Shown: positions 1 to 10,496, counted from the stretch's first letter. The stretch: 64,000 nucleotides of DNA from Rhodocyclaceae bacterium (GCA_028687645.1 JAQTZQ010000004.1:5124-69123), one strand, 5' to 3'. The notes: generated from the letters alone by a model not told the origin. Translations and numbers: made by a program.

Positions 1-56
1 GTGACGAAACCGTTGATTCTTCGGTGGTCGTGCCGATCACTTTTGCCCTTGAGTAA
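1..56 (+). CDS. tonB: 3' end of a TonB-family energy transducer (gene starts before the window)
   Basis: Frame from nt 3 reads DETVDSSVVVPITFALE*, resembling the TonB C-terminus, and lies directly upstream of exbB-exbD. Confidence 0.6.
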   Translation, partial: DETVDSSVVVPITFALE

Positions 57-84
57 ATTGCACTTGAATAAGGAAAGTTAAAGC

Positions 85-819
85 ATGGAATCGCAAATGG
101 GCCTTGCCCACTTCTGGAACCAGGGGGATCTGGTCACCCACACCACCGCCATCATTCTGGCGCTGCTCTCCCTTTCATCGTGGACCGTGATCCTCGGCAA
201 AATGATGTCGACTTGGCGCGCCTCACGCTCACAAGAGAAAGCACTCAACAGCTTCTGGAGCGCCAATTCGCTGCCTGAAGCACTGGAAGCCCTGCGCCGT
301 GACGATCCTTCGGGGATTTTCGCCGGTCTCGCGCTGACTGGTGCCCATTCAGCTCAAGCGCACCAACAAAATGCCGCGCGCGGGATTGGCGCTGGTGTCA
401 ATGCCAGCGAATTTGTCACCCGTTCGATGCGCTCGCACATTGTCAATTCTCAAGCACGCATTGAGCAGGGGCTAACGTTTCTTGCTTCAGTCGGGTCGAC
501 CGCACCTTTCATTGGTCTCTTCGGCACCGTTTGGGGGATTTACCACGCGCTGGTCGGTCTTTCTGGTGCATCACAAGTGGTGCTCGACAAGGTGGCCGGG
601 CCAGTGGGCGAAGCATTGATCATGACCGCCGCCGGCCTCTTCGTCGCCATTCCCGCCGTTCTCGCCTATAACGCCTTCACCCGCGCCAATCGCTTGGTCG
701 CCGTGCAACTCGATGGTTTTGCCCACGACCTGCACGCCTACCTGACGACCGGCGTGCGCGTTGGCGGCAACGTCAATCTGGTCGACATCGCTGCCGCCCG
801 CAGCAGCCGGCAGGCCTGA
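85..819 (+). CDS. exbB: MotA/TolQ/ExbB proton channel protein
   Basis: LASVGSTAPFIGLFGTVWGI and EALIMTAAGLFVAIPAVLAYN motifs. Confidence 0.93.
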   Translation: MESQMGLAHFWNQGDLVTHTTAIILALLSLSSWTVILGKMMSTWRASRSQEKALNSFWSANSLPEALEALRRDDPSGIFAGLALTGAHSAQAHQQNAARGIGAGVNASEFVTRSMRSHIVNSQARIEQGLTFLASVGSTAPFIGLFGTVWGIYHALVGLSGASQVVLDKVAGPVGEALIMTAAGLFVAIPAVLAYNAFTRANRLVAVQLDGFAHDLHAYLTTGVRVGGNVNLVDIAAARSSRQA

Positions 820-821
820 TT

Positions 822-1232
822 ATGGCTTTCGGAAGCTTTGACGAAGCCGGCGTGACCCAGCCGATGGCCGAGATCAACACGACGCCACTGGTCGACGTGA
901 TGTTGGTGTTGCTGGTTATTTTCATCATCACCGCGCCGCTCTTTCACCAGGCCGTGCCCATCGACCTGCCGCAAGTTACGGCCACCAAGCTGGAGGACAA
1001 ACCGGAAGTCATCCAGCTGGCAATTGATGCAGACGGCAAGATTTTCTGGAATGGCGAAGCCATTGAACGTACGGAACTGGATGCCCGCTTTGCCGCCGCC
1101 AGCGCCCGCCAGCCGGAACTTCACCTGCGCGCCGACCGCAAGGTGGTGTACGAAAAAGTGGCCGATGTGATGGCTGCAGCACAACGCGCCAGCATTGTGA
1201 AAATTGCCTTTTTAACTGAGCCGGCGCGCTAG
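822..1232 (+). CDS. exbD: Biopolymer transport protein ExbD/TolR
   Basis: EINTTPLVDVMLVLLVIFII motif; follows exbB. Confidence 0.93.
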   Translation: MAFGSFDEAGVTQPMAEINTTPLVDVMLVLLVIFIITAPLFHQAVPIDLPQVTATKLEDKPEVIQLAIDADGKIFWNGEAIERTELDARFAAASARQPELHLRADRKVVYEKVADVMAAAQRASIVKIAFLTEPAR

Positions 1233-1240
1233 ATGCCGCA

Positions 1241-3694
1241 TTGATTCATATCCCGCCGAGGCGGAAAAATAACAGGGGTTTTAAAGTGGGACAAAATAAT
1301 TTCAGGCTCAAGCGCCTTTCACTGGCGCTGCTCGCCATCTTCGCCCAAGCTACGCCAGCCTTGGCTGCCGAGCAGGATGAAGACAAGCAACTGGGTGAAA
1401 TGGTCATCAAGAGCGACAAGGCGGCAGTGCCGGCCAACGTGCCATCAATCACCGAGAGCTTTACGGCCAAACAGGTAGCCGAAAGCGTCAATTCGGTATC
1501 TTCTTCAGGGGTTCTCCAATATCTACCCAGCGTTCACGTTCGCGAACGCTTTATCGGCGACGTCAATGGCGGCCTCGCCATGCGCATGTATGGCGTCAAT
1601 TCCAGCGCCTCAACTATCGTCTATGCCGATGGCCTGCTACTCTCCAACTTCCTGACTAATAGCTGCTGCCCCGGCCCGCGCTGGGGCTTGGTATCGCAAC
1701 ATGCCATTGACCGCGTTGATGTCATGTACGGCCCGTTCTCGGCGCTTTATCCGGGCAACTCGATAGGCGGCGTGGTTTTGATGAGCACCAGCATGCCGAC
1801 GAAAATGGAAGCGCACGTCCAGTTCGACACCTTCGGTGAGAATTTCAAGCTTTACGGCACCGACAAAAATTTTATCGGTAGCCACGGCGCAGCGATGGTC
1901 GGCAACAAAATCGGTGACTGGTCTTTCTCGATCAGCGCCGACCGCCTGGATAATCACAGCCATCCCACCGACTTCACGCCAGCGACAGCCAAAACCGGAG
2001 CGGCTGCGGCGAGCGGACAATACACCGTCGTCACCGGCGCGCATTACGACAGCGATATCGCCAACAAGCCACGGGTCACGACCGCCGCTATCAGTGCCGA
2101 CCATACGGTAAAAGACGATGGCACCTTTAAGCTGGGCTATGACTTTACCCCGTCAACCCGTGCGATCTACACCTTCAATATCTGGCAAAACACCTCAGAT
2201 AAAAAGGTGGAAAGCTACCTGCGCGATAGCGCCGGCAACACCATCTACGGCACCAGTAGCACTGCCGGCCCCTATCGTTACCTGCGCATCGATGGCAAGG
2301 ATTATTCAGTAAGCGCGCCCAGCGCCAGCCACGCCGAAGCGGAATATCTGATGCACGGTTTGACGGTCAAATCGGATGATGGCGGTGCCTGGGCCTGGGA
2401 GATGGCGGGCAGTTACTTCACCCAGCGCAAGGATGAGACCCGGGCATCTTCCGGCAACTTTGGCCTGACTGCTAGCGATGATGCCACCGCCGGCACTCTG
2501 ACCATCCTCGACGGCACCGGCTGGAAAAATCTTGATCTGCGTGGCGAATGGCGCCCTGACGGCAACAAGAAAAGCGCGCATCAAATCAGTTTTGGCTTCC
2601 ACACCGACACCTATACGACCAAATCGGATCAATACCGCCTCAACACTGGCAACTGGCAAAGCAGCACGCCGGGCGCACTGAATACCAATTCGCGTGGCCA
2701 GACGTCAACCGATGCCATCTATATACAGGATGCCTGGCAGATCTCTCCTGACTGGAAACTGGTTGTCGGTGGTCGTCAAGAAAGATGGGAAGCAAGTGAC
2801 GGGAGCAATTTCGCTAATGGCAAAGAGGTCAGCTATCAGGATAAAAGCGACAGCGCCTTTTCGCCCAAAGCCGCACTCTCCTACCAAATGTCTGATGCCT
2901 GGGCCTTGCGCGGTTCTTATGGTCGCGGGGTACGCTTCCCGACAGTGGGCGAGCTGTTCAAGAACGTCGGGATAACCAGGGTCGGTGGCGGAACACCAAC
3001 GGCTGCCGAAATCGCTGCTTTCCCTTCCCCGTATAACGTTGCACTGACCAATAATCCGAACCTCAAGCCAGAAACTGCGGACTCATGGGAGTTTGCCGTC
3101 GAACGCTTCCTGCCCAATGGCTTGTGGCGAACCTCATTGTTCGGCGAGGAAAAAAAAGATGCGCTGGTTTCGCAGAGCGACATTTCCACCCTGCCCGGTT
3201 ACAGCATCAGCAGCGTGCAAAATATCGACAAGGTTCGCAGCTACGGGGTTGAAACCTCGCTGCAAAGCAATGATCTGCTGATTCGCGGCCTCGACCTGAT
3301 GGGCAGCGTTGGCTATGTTCATACCCGAATCAAGGAGGACATCGCCAATCCAGGGCTGGAGGGGACAACCTTGCCGCTCATTCCGGAATGGCGCGCTGCC
3401 TTGCTTGGCGTTTATCATCAATCGGATGCGCTGTCCTACAGCCTCGGCTGGCGCTATAGCGGCAGGCAGCACAGCGGTTTGTACAACACCGCCACCCAGC
3501 AATATCCCGATCCGAATCCAAATACCTATGGCGGTCGGAGCAGCTTCAGTGTTTTTGATGTAAAAGTGCTCTACAAGGTGAATAAGCAGTGGTCAGCGTC
3601 GCTCGGCGTCGACAACCTGACCAACGTCAAGTACTACACGCTGTATCCCTATGCGCAGCGGACTTTCTTCGCTGGCGTCAAGTTTGACCTTTGA
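1241..3694 (+). CDS. TonB-dependent outer membrane receptor (start may be GTG 1286)
   Basis: Signal peptide, plug with RVDVMYGPFSALY, C-terminal VDNLTN...GVKFDL; next to tonB-exbBD. Confidence 0.9.
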   Translation: MIHIPPRRKNNRGFKVGQNNFRLKRLSLALLAIFAQATPALAAEQDEDKQLGEMVIKSDKAAVPANVPSITESFTAKQVAESVNSVSSSGVLQYLPSVHVRERFIGDVNGGLAMRMYGVNSSASTIVYADGLLLSNFLTNSCCPGPRWGLVSQHAIDRVDVMYGPFSALYPGNSIGGVVLMSTSMPTKMEAHVQFDTFGENFKLYGTDKNFIGSHGAAMVGNKIGDWSFSISADRLDNHSHPTDFTPATAKTGAAAASGQYTVVTGAHYDSDIANKPRVTTAAISADHTVKDDGTFKLGYDFTPSTRAIYTFNIWQNTSDKKVESYLRDSAGNTIYGTSSTAGPYRYLRIDGKDYSVSAPSASHAEAEYLMHGLTVKSDDGGAWAWEMAGSYFTQRKDETRASSGNFGLTASDDATAGTLTILDGTGWKNLDLRGEWRPDGNKKSAHQISFGFHTDTYTTKSDQYRLNTGNWQSSTPGALNTNSRGQTSTDAIYIQDAWQISPDWKLVVGGRQERWEASDGSNFANGKEVSYQDKSDSAFSPKAALSYQMSDAWALRGSYGRGVRFPTVGELFKNVGITRVGGGTPTAAEIAAFPSPYNVALTNNPNLKPETADSWEFAVERFLPNGLWRTSLFGEEKKDALVSQSDISTLPGYSISSVQNIDKVRSYGVETSLQSNDLLIRGLDLMGSVGYVHTRIKEDIANPGLEGTTLPLIPEWRAALLGVYHQSDALSYSLGWRYSGRQHSGLYNTATQQYPDPNPNTYGGRSSFSVFDVKVLYKVNKQWSASLGVDNLTNVKYYTLYPYAQRTFFAGVKFDL

Positions 3695-4965
3695 TGACGG
3701 GAGATGAGATGAGAACACTCAGCAACGATACCCGCACGCCCAAGCGGCACAAGAATCCAGCTGGCCGCAAGCTGCGGTTAATTATCGAGCTGGGTGTTGC
3801 ACTCATCGCCACAATCAGCGCAGCTCAGGCAGCCGACAGCATGCCCGCCATGTCAAAAAAGGCAGCACGGCCAGAACTCGGCTCGTCAGCTATTTTTGCT
3901 CCAGACGGCAAGCTGCTGGTGGCCGCCAAACAAGGCGAACATGTGATGCTTTACCGCAGTGCCGACGAGGGCAAAACCTGGTCGGCACCTGCTGCGGTCA
4001 ACGCCCAACCCGAGGCTATTTCTGCCGATGGTGAAAATCGGCCTAAGCTTGCCTTTGCTGCCGACGGCGGTTTGCTGGTCTCGTGGACGCATCCCTTCCC
4101 CAAATCCAACACCGGTTCGGTACGCCTGGCGCGCGCCGATGATGGTTTGAACTTCGCCCCCCCGATCACCGTGCATCAAGATCAGGCGATCATCACGCAC
4201 CGCTTCGAATCCATGCTCACCACCCCGGATAACAAGGTGATCCTGGCCTGGATCGACAAGCGCGACCTGGAAGCAGCCAAAGCCAGCAAAACCCCCTATC
4301 GTGGCGCCGGCATCTACGCCGCTGTTTCCAAAGACGGTGGCCGCAGCTTTCAGCCCGAATACAAACTGACCGATCATTCCTGCGAATGCTGTCGCGTAAC
4401 TAGCGCTCTTGACCATGATGGCGCCCCGCTCTTCATGTGGCGCCACGTTTACGCGCCCAACGAACGCGACCACGCGCTGGTCCGTTTAAAGCCGGATGGC
4501 ACGCCAGAAACCGTCAAACGCGCCACCTTTGACCGCTGGAAGGTTGATGGCTGCCCGCATCACGGGCCATCGCTGGTGGTCGACACGCAAGGCGTTCGGC
4601 ATGCGGTCTGGTTTAACCAAAAAGAAGGTGGCGGACCGGTTCATTACGGTCGACTGCTAAAAAGTGCCGAAAATTCTGATGAATTGCGCGTCGAAGGCCA
4701 GCGCACCGTCGGTGGTCCGCGTGCGGCGCATGCAGATATAGCCAGTGCGGGCGACAAGCTGGCCATTGTCTGGAAGGAGTTTGATGGCGAACGAACGCAA
4801 CTCCAGGCATTGCTTTCCAGTGATGGCGGCAAAACCTTTACGGAAAAAAACCTGACGGCAACCGATGGTGCCTCCGACCAGGCTCGGGTCATTCATCATC
4901 GCGGTAAGCTTTACGCCTTCTGGCGCACCAACAATGAAAACTTCAGGCTCTTTGCTTTGCCATGA
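3691..4965 (+). CDS. BNR/Asp-box (sialidase-like beta-propeller) periplasmic protein
   Basis: Asp-box motifs SADEGKTW, SKDGGRSF, SSDGGKTF; Cys/His motifs DHSCECCR and DGCPHHGP. Confidence 0.75.
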   Translation: MMTGDEMRTLSNDTRTPKRHKNPAGRKLRLIIELGVALIATISAAQAADSMPAMSKKAARPELGSSAIFAPDGKLLVAAKQGEHVMLYRSADEGKTWSAPAAVNAQPEAISADGENRPKLAFAADGGLLVSWTHPFPKSNTGSVRLARADDGLNFAPPITVHQDQAIITHRFESMLTTPDNKVILAWIDKRDLEAAKASKTPYRGAGIYAAVSKDGGRSFQPEYKLTDHSCECCRVTSALDHDGAPLFMWRHVYAPNERDHALVRLKPDGTPETVKRATFDRWKVDGCPHHGPSLVVDTQGVRHAVWFNQKEGGGPVHYGRLLKSAENSDELRVEGQRTVGGPRAAHADIASAGDKLAIVWKEFDGERTQLQALLSSDGGKTFTEKNLTATDGASDQARVIHHRGKLYAFWRTNNENFRLFALP

Positions 4966-5420
4966 ACAAGATCATATTCATTTTGCTGGTGATCCTTGGC
5001 GGCTCAAGCCAGGCTGCTGAATTCGCAAGCATTGATCGTACTGCTGCTGCCAAGCTGTTTGCAGCTGGCAACTATCGCGAACCCACCATCATCACTTTGT
5101 GGTCGTCCGATTGCAGCCACTGCAAGAAAAACCTGCAATTTCTCTCCGAGCACGTCAAAACCAACAAGCACCTGCGCATTATCACCCTTGCCGCTGAACA
5201 GGAAAGTAACGAACTCGCCCCTATCCTCAATCGCTACCCCTTGCCGGGGCCGCGCTACGTCTATGGCAGCGATAACCCCGAGGCGATTGCTTATGCGATT
5301 GATCCCAACTGGGCTGGCGAGTTGCCGCGCAGCTATCTATTCGATGGTCGCGGCGGAAAAGAGAAAATTTCCGGTGTAATTAGTGCCGCAACGCTTGAAA
5401 AGGCTTTTATGCCGAGATAA
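4962..5420 (+). CDS. Exported thioredoxin-fold (TlpA-like) protein
   Basis: Signal peptide, WSSDCSHC CxxC motif, GELPRSYLFD cis-Pro region. Confidence 0.7.
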   Translation: MNKIIFILLVILGGSSQAAEFASIDRTAAAKLFAAGNYREPTIITLWSSDCSHCKKNLQFLSEHVKTNKHLRIITLAAEQESNELAPILNRYPLPGPRYVYGSDNPEAIAYAIDPNWAGELPRSYLFDGRGGKEKISGVISAATLEKAFMPR

Positions 5421-5433
5421 ACCTTGGGTGGGT

Positions 5434-6948
5434 TTATTTTCGCCCAATGCCGCCCAAAAGAGCCGCGACCACCCGCTTGGGTTTGTGCGGGTCGACCTTG
5501 GGCGGGGCGTTCGGTGAGTCAGGAATCTCGCCGCGCGGCTTGTTGTCTTCGTAGGGCTTGCTGAAATCAAAGCCATCAGCGGCAATCATCGGGTTGCGGC
5601 GGGGTGCTCGCCGATCGTTGCGATCACTGCGCTCGTGGCGATCAGGGCGTTCAGTCCGCTCCGGACGCTGTGCCAAAGGCGCTTTAGGCGGTGGTAGCGC
5701 ACGCTTTTTCTTGTTACCCGGCGGATATTCGTATTCCGCTTCCGGCTCAAAGCCGACGACCTCAACTTGCTCAATCGGGCGCTTGATGAGTTTCTCGATA
5801 TCAACGAGGTAGCCGACTTCATGCGCACTGACCAGCGAAATGGCGTTACCCAGCTTGCCAGCGCGACCGGTACGACCGATGCGGTGCACGTAATCTTCCG
5901 GCGTGTGCGGTAATTCATAATTGATGACGTAAGGCAGGTCGTCCACATCAAGACCGCGCGCGGCGACATCGGTAGCGATCAGGGCATGCGTTTCACCCGC
6001 CTTGAAGGCTTCCAGCGCCTTGATGCGCTCAAGCTGGCTCTTGTCGCCGTGGATCGCGTCGGCGTGAATGCCGGCACGCTGCAGTTCGCGTGTCAGACGC
6101 GAGCAACCCTGCTTGGTGCGCATAAAGATGAGGCATTGACGAATCTCGCTCGATTTGAGCAGCTTGATCAACAGGCCGCGCTTGCCGTATTCAGAGACGG
6201 GATGAACGCGGTGGGTAATATTGTCGGAGACCTGATTGCGCCGGGCGACTTCAATCAGCACCGGGGCGCGCAGCATTTTGTCGGCGAGTTTTTTGATTTC
6301 TTCGGAGAAAGTCGCTGAAAACAGCAGGCTTTGCCGTTGTGCCGGCAACATGTTGAGAATGCGCGTGACATCGGGAACAAAGCCCATGTCGAGCATGCGG
6401 TCGGCTTCGTCAAGAACCAGCACTTGCACCGAGGCAAAACTGACGCTCTTGTTTTCAACGTGATCGAGCAAACGACCGGGGGTGGCGACGAGAATTTCGA
6501 CGCCGCGTTTGAGTTCAGCGATTTGCGGCTTGATATCGACACCGCCAAAAGCGCACATGGCGCGCAGCGGCGTGTGAATGCTGTACGCCTTGACCGATTC
6601 GAAAACCTGCATCGCCAGTTCGCGTGTTGGCGCGAGAATCAGCGCACGAACCGGGTGCTTGGCCGGTGAAGGGCTGCTGCTGGCAAAGGGCAGGATGCGC
6701 TGCAAAATCGGCAGCGTGAACGCAGCGGTTTTGCCGGTGCCGGTCTGGGCGCCGCCCATGATGTCCTGGCCGCCAATAACCAGCGGGATGGCCTGGGCCT
6801 GGATCGGGGTGGGTTTGGTATAGCCTTCGTCGAGCACGGCGCGCAGCAGTTCCGGCGCGAGGCCGAGATCGGCAAAGGTGATTTCGGGGGCTACATCGGC
6901 AGCCTCTATGATGGCGCTGGCGCCTTGTAAGGTATTGATTTCAGACAT
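5434..6948 (-). CDS. rhlE: DEAD-box RNA helicase (RhlE-like)
   Basis: Q motif, AQTGTGKT, PTRELA, DEAD, SAT, HRIGRTGR. Confidence 0.9.
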   Translation of the reverse strand: MSEINTLQGASAIIEAADVAPEITFADLGLAPELLRAVLDEGYTKPTPIQAQAIPLVIGGQDIMGGAQTGTGKTAAFTLPILQRILPFASSSPSPAKHPVRALILAPTRELAMQVFESVKAYSIHTPLRAMCAFGGVDIKPQIAELKRGVEILVATPGRLLDHVENKSVSFASVQVLVLDEADRMLDMGFVPDVTRILNMLPAQRQSLLFSATFSEEIKKLADKMLRAPVLIEVARRNQVSDNITHRVHPVSEYGKRGLLIKLLKSSEIRQCLIFMRTKQGCSRLTRELQRAGIHADAIHGDKSQLERIKALEAFKAGETHALIATDVAARGLDVDDLPYVINYELPHTPEDYVHRIGRTGRAGKLGNAISLVSAHEVGYLVDIEKLIKRPIEQVEVVGFEPEAEYEYPPGNKKKRALPPPKAPLAQRPERTERPDRHERSDRNDRRAPRRNPMIAADGFDFSKPYEDNKPRGEIPDSPNAPPKVDPHKPKRVVAALLGGIGRK

Positions 6949-7002
6949 GGGGCAGGATTATACCCCTAGCGTCTTCGGGCAAGCTTTTCTCTGCGCCAAC
7001 GA

Positions 7003-7365
7003 TCAGGCTTGCTTGAGCAAATCTTCAAGCCGCTGGCGGTTGATGGGTTTGACCAAAATTTCATCAAAGCCCGCTGCCAGAAAGCGTTCCCGCTCTTCCG
7101 GGAAGGCGTGTGCGGTGTAGGCAATGATACGCACGCCGTCACCATTGGGCATGGTTCGCAGGCGCGTGCAGGTTTCTTCGCCGGAGATGCCGGGCATGCT
7201 GATGTCGAGCAGAATCAACGAAAAGCGGGTCTGGCTGACCAGTTCAATGGCTCGCTCGCCGCTGTCGGCTTCCTCGGTCTTCCAGCCCAGCTTGCTGAGC
7301 AGGGTGCAGCCTAGCAGCCGGTTGGTGGGATGGTCGTCGACAACGAGCGCGAGGCGATCAGACAT
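7003..7365 (-). CDS. Single-domain response regulator (receiver)
   Basis: LVVDD, LLDISMPGISG, TA and KP receiver motifs. Confidence 0.9.
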   Translation of the reverse strand: MSDRLALVVDDHPTNRLLGCTLLSKLGWKTEEADSGERAIELVSQTRFSLILLDISMPGISGEETCTRLRTMPNGDGVRIIAYTAHAFPEERERFLAAGFDEILVKPINRQRLEDLLKQA

Positions 7366-9895
7366 GGTGCTTTTCCGGTAGATAGACGGTGAACGTAGAG
7401 CCTAACCCAATTTCGGACTCAAGGGTGATGCGCCCCCCCATATGTTCAACCAATTGTTTGACCAGTGCCAGGCCCAAACCGGTGCCATCATGCTGGCGAG
7501 TCAGGAAATTTTCGAGTTGCTTGAATTTTTCAAAGACCTGCTCACGAGCTTCCGGGGGAATGCCGGGGCCGGTGTCGGCAACGGCAAAAGCGATATCGCT
7601 CCCGGAACGACTGGCGCGAACGGTAATGCTGCCCTGGTCGGTAAATTTGACCGCGTTGCTCAGCAAATTATTGAGGATCTGCAGCAGACGCGTGGGGTCG
7701 GTTTCAATCGTTCCCGGCAGCGTTTCGGCAAGCTCGAGCGTCAAGCTCAGTTGCTTGGCGGTAGCTGTCGATTGGTGAGCCATGGCAGCTTCATTGAGCA
7801 GTGAGTTAAGCGGCGTGTTTTGGTAATTGAAACTGAGCTCACCGGCTTCAATTTTTGAGAGATCAAGAATTTCATTGACCAGATTGAGCAAGTGCGTGCC
7901 ACTATTTAAGATAACTTCGGCGTATTCCTGAGCATCCGGTTCGCTGGCTTCGGACTTGATCAGCTCGGCAAAGCCAAGAATGCCATTGAGCGGCGTGCGC
8001 AGCTCGTGCGACATATTGGCCAGGAAAGACGATTTGAGGCGGCTGGCTTCTTCGGCTTTTTCTTTGGCTTCTTCAAGGCGCTTGAAGGATTCAGCAACGG
8101 AATCGGCCATGACGTTGAATGAATCGGCCAGTTCGCCCATTTCGTCCTTGCTGGAAGCGTCAAGGCGATGCCCGAGATCGCCCTGCTGGAAGCGCTTGAT
8201 GCCGCCGATCATGTCGGTGATCTGGCGCGTCAGGAGATTGGCCATCCAGATTGCCACACCAATGACGAAGATGACCATTAGCAGTGTCGAACCCCAAAGA
8301 CCCAGGGCAGTGGCGCCCAGGCGTTCGGTAATATTGCTCAGCATGTCGGCGCGTTGGGCCTTGAAGCTGGCATCCTTTTCATTGACCAGGGTGTTGATTT
8401 TTTTCGCGGTTTCAGTTGCCGATTTATGGAATTCATCGACATTGGCACCAATCGTCACAAAACCGAAGCCTTGCGGTGAGTTGGCGTATTGGCCCGTGTA
8501 ATAAGGGATGGCGGCAGCGGTGGTGAGTTTCCAGAGCCCGGAGAAGAAAATGACGAAGGAACCAGAGCCGCCGTGTTCCGTGAGCGCATTCCAGCCATCG
8601 CATTGCGGGGAGAAATTCAAATAGCGACAGTCAAGGGCAATGGTGCCGGCCTTGATCAAGGCCTTGGCCGGCTTTTTCTTGAGGTTCTGATCCTTGAAGG
8701 CCGGGGTGGCCGCGAGGAATTCATGTGCCGGCTTACCGCTCGCTTGCCATTCGGTGTACAACTCTTCATCCATCCAAGGCGTTTCTGGCAGGCCGGTTTG
8801 CGGGTTGTAGCCCACGATAAAGTAGTCGCGCGGGTGCGAGATTGAACGGCTTTTGTGATCCCACAAAAAGGCGTAATTGCCTTTGATTGCATCGGCGATG
8901 GGGGTGTAGCGTTCCTCAGTCGGCATCAGGCGGTCAGAAAACTGGCGGATGTGATCGTGATCAAGCGCCAGCGTCACATAGCCGGTAATTTGCCCGTTTT
9001 TGACCACTGGTGTCGCCCAGCGGACGATACCGCGAAAGCGTTTGCCAACCGGGTTTTCGGTGCCGGCATAGGCGGATTCTTCCGGTTTGAAGGGCTTGCC
9101 GGCCTTTTCAAGTGCCGCCGGCAGGTAGGGGCCGATGGCCTGGGTCGGCACATAGGCGCCGATGACGTCAGAAACGAATATTTCGCCCGCTTTGAGCTTT
9201 TTGAGTTCAGAGAAGTAGGTTTCGGCACGGACGAAGGTGTTGTTACGGTCAACGACGTTTTTGAGCGATTTTTCTGTCAGGTCGCTGGTCGTGACCTTGA
9301 TCTTTTCCTGACCATTGAGATCAACCAAAGTCATTTCGACGAAGAGTGGTCGCTGTTCGGCTTCGCCAAGATATTCAGGGGGGCGAATATGGAAATTTTT
9401 GGCATTATCAACCAGCACCGGGCGGGTGATTTTGGCTTCCTGGCTGACCAATTTTTCCGGCACCCAGGACTTGCCATCTTCCGCCAGTTTCCAGGGGCCG
9501 TGCTGGTTCAGTGTCCGGCTACGTTCGCTGAGAAAACGCCGAAAGGCCGCCTCGGAAGGCTCAAGCCCGGCGGCTTGCTGGATGTCACGGTCGCGGTCAT
9601 AGAGAAAACTGGCAATCTCCTTGGCGGTATCGGTCGTCAGCGCTTCAATGGCCTCCCGCGAGCGCAGGTCGAGGGCGTCGATCGAGTCATCGGTCACTGT
9701 CTGGCCCATCGATCTGATGCTGGAAAGCATCGAATCAGCCATGCTGCCAGCCTGGCTCGAAACATCTTCACCCAACTGCTGGGAAGCGTGCCAGGCATAC
9801 CAGGCGATGAGAATGAGGGGGATCACCTTGATCAGGATAAAAATCCCGATCAGTTTTGCACGTATTCCTTGTAACCAACCTGCGTATTTCATCAA
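7358..9895 (-). CDS. Sensor histidine kinase: large periplasmic domain, HAMP, HisKA, HATPase
   Basis: Two TM segments; DEMGELADSFN HAMP; FLANMSHELRTPLNGI; NAVKFT, DTGPGI, GTGLGL boxes. Confidence 0.92.
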   Translation of the reverse strand: MMKYAGWLQGIRAKLIGIFILIKVIPLILIAWYAWHASQQLGEDVSSQAGSMADSMLSSIRSMGQTVTDDSIDALDLRSREAIEALTTDTAKEIASFLYDRDRDIQQAAGLEPSEAAFRRFLSERSRTLNQHGPWKLAEDGKSWVPEKLVSQEAKITRPVLVDNAKNFHIRPPEYLGEAEQRPLFVEMTLVDLNGQEKIKVTTSDLTEKSLKNVVDRNNTFVRAETYFSELKKLKAGEIFVSDVIGAYVPTQAIGPYLPAALEKAGKPFKPEESAYAGTENPVGKRFRGIVRWATPVVKNGQITGYVTLALDHDHIRQFSDRLMPTEERYTPIADAIKGNYAFLWDHKSRSISHPRDYFIVGYNPQTGLPETPWMDEELYTEWQASGKPAHEFLAATPAFKDQNLKKKPAKALIKAGTIALDCRYLNFSPQCDGWNALTEHGGSGSFVIFFSGLWKLTTAAAIPYYTGQYANSPQGFGFVTIGANVDEFHKSATETAKKINTLVNEKDASFKAQRADMLSNITERLGATALGLWGSTLLMVIFVIGVAIWMANLLTRQITDMIGGIKRFQQGDLGHRLDASSKDEMGELADSFNVMADSVAESFKRLEEAKEKAEEASRLKSSFLANMSHELRTPLNGILGFAELIKSEASEPDAQEYAEVILNSGTHLLNLVNEILDLSKIEAGELSFNYQNTPLNSLLNEAAMAHQSTATAKQLSLTLELAETLPGTIETDPTRLLQILNNLLSNAVKFTDQGSITVRASRSGSDIAFAVADTGPGIPPEAREQVFEKFKQLENFLTRQHDGTGLGLALVKQLVEHMGGRITLESEIGLGSTFTVYLPEKHHV

Positions 9896-9921
9896 TGTCT
9901 CCAGGCGATTTTAAGAATCGC

Positions 9922-10347
9922 TCAGTGTTTGGCGGTGCTCTTGCTTTCTTCTTTGGGCGCCGCTGCTTTATCGCTACTTGGCTTTGTCTCGTCTTTGTCG
10001 ACGGCTTCTTCTACCGGGGCCGGGGCCGCCTTCTTTTTCTTCACGGTGCCCGGCTTTTCCGGAGGTGGCAAAACAGGAACGATGGTTTCCAGCTTGTTTT
10101 CACGCATGTATTCGTCCATCTCTCGCCAGCCGGCAAAAATGGAGGCTTTGGGCAACCAGGTGTAGATCGCGTAACAGTCTTCAATGGCACGACCTGACTG
10201 GCGACAGCCACTGCCTACTGCCTTGCCGTCCGGTTCGAGGCGAGCCTCTTTTTTGGCGGGATCTTCCAAACCCAGTTTTTGGGTGATCTGGTCGCAGCCT
10301 GAGAGTGCGAGCAGGGCGATGACGAGTAAGGAGGTACGCTTGATCAT
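9922..10347 (-). CDS. Hypothetical lipoprotein
   Basis: Lipobox LALSGC; conserved-looking core GCRQSGRAIEDCY; low-complexity tail. Confidence 0.65.
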   Translation of the reverse strand: MIKRTSLLVIALLALSGCDQITQKLGLEDPAKKEARLEPDGKAVGSGCRQSGRAIEDCYAIYTWLPKASIFAGWREMDEYMRENKLETIVPVLPPPEKPGTVKKKKAAPAPVEEAVDKDETKPSSDKAAAPKEESKSTAKH

Positions 10348-10496
10348 GCTTTGAATTTTCGCACATTCGCCGAATCATTGACCATTGCCAAGAGAATTTG
10401 CCTGCGAATTCAATTGGTTTTTAAAGGTTTGCTGTGAAGTTGCTTGAAAATTGGGCGCGTATAATGAGGCCTCTGCAAAACCGCTTCGGAGTGTTC

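Noticed and set aside
5560-5680. Charged repeats in the RhlE tail (ERPERTERPDRHERSDR)
   Set aside because: Ordinary low-complexity DEAD-box C-terminal extension.
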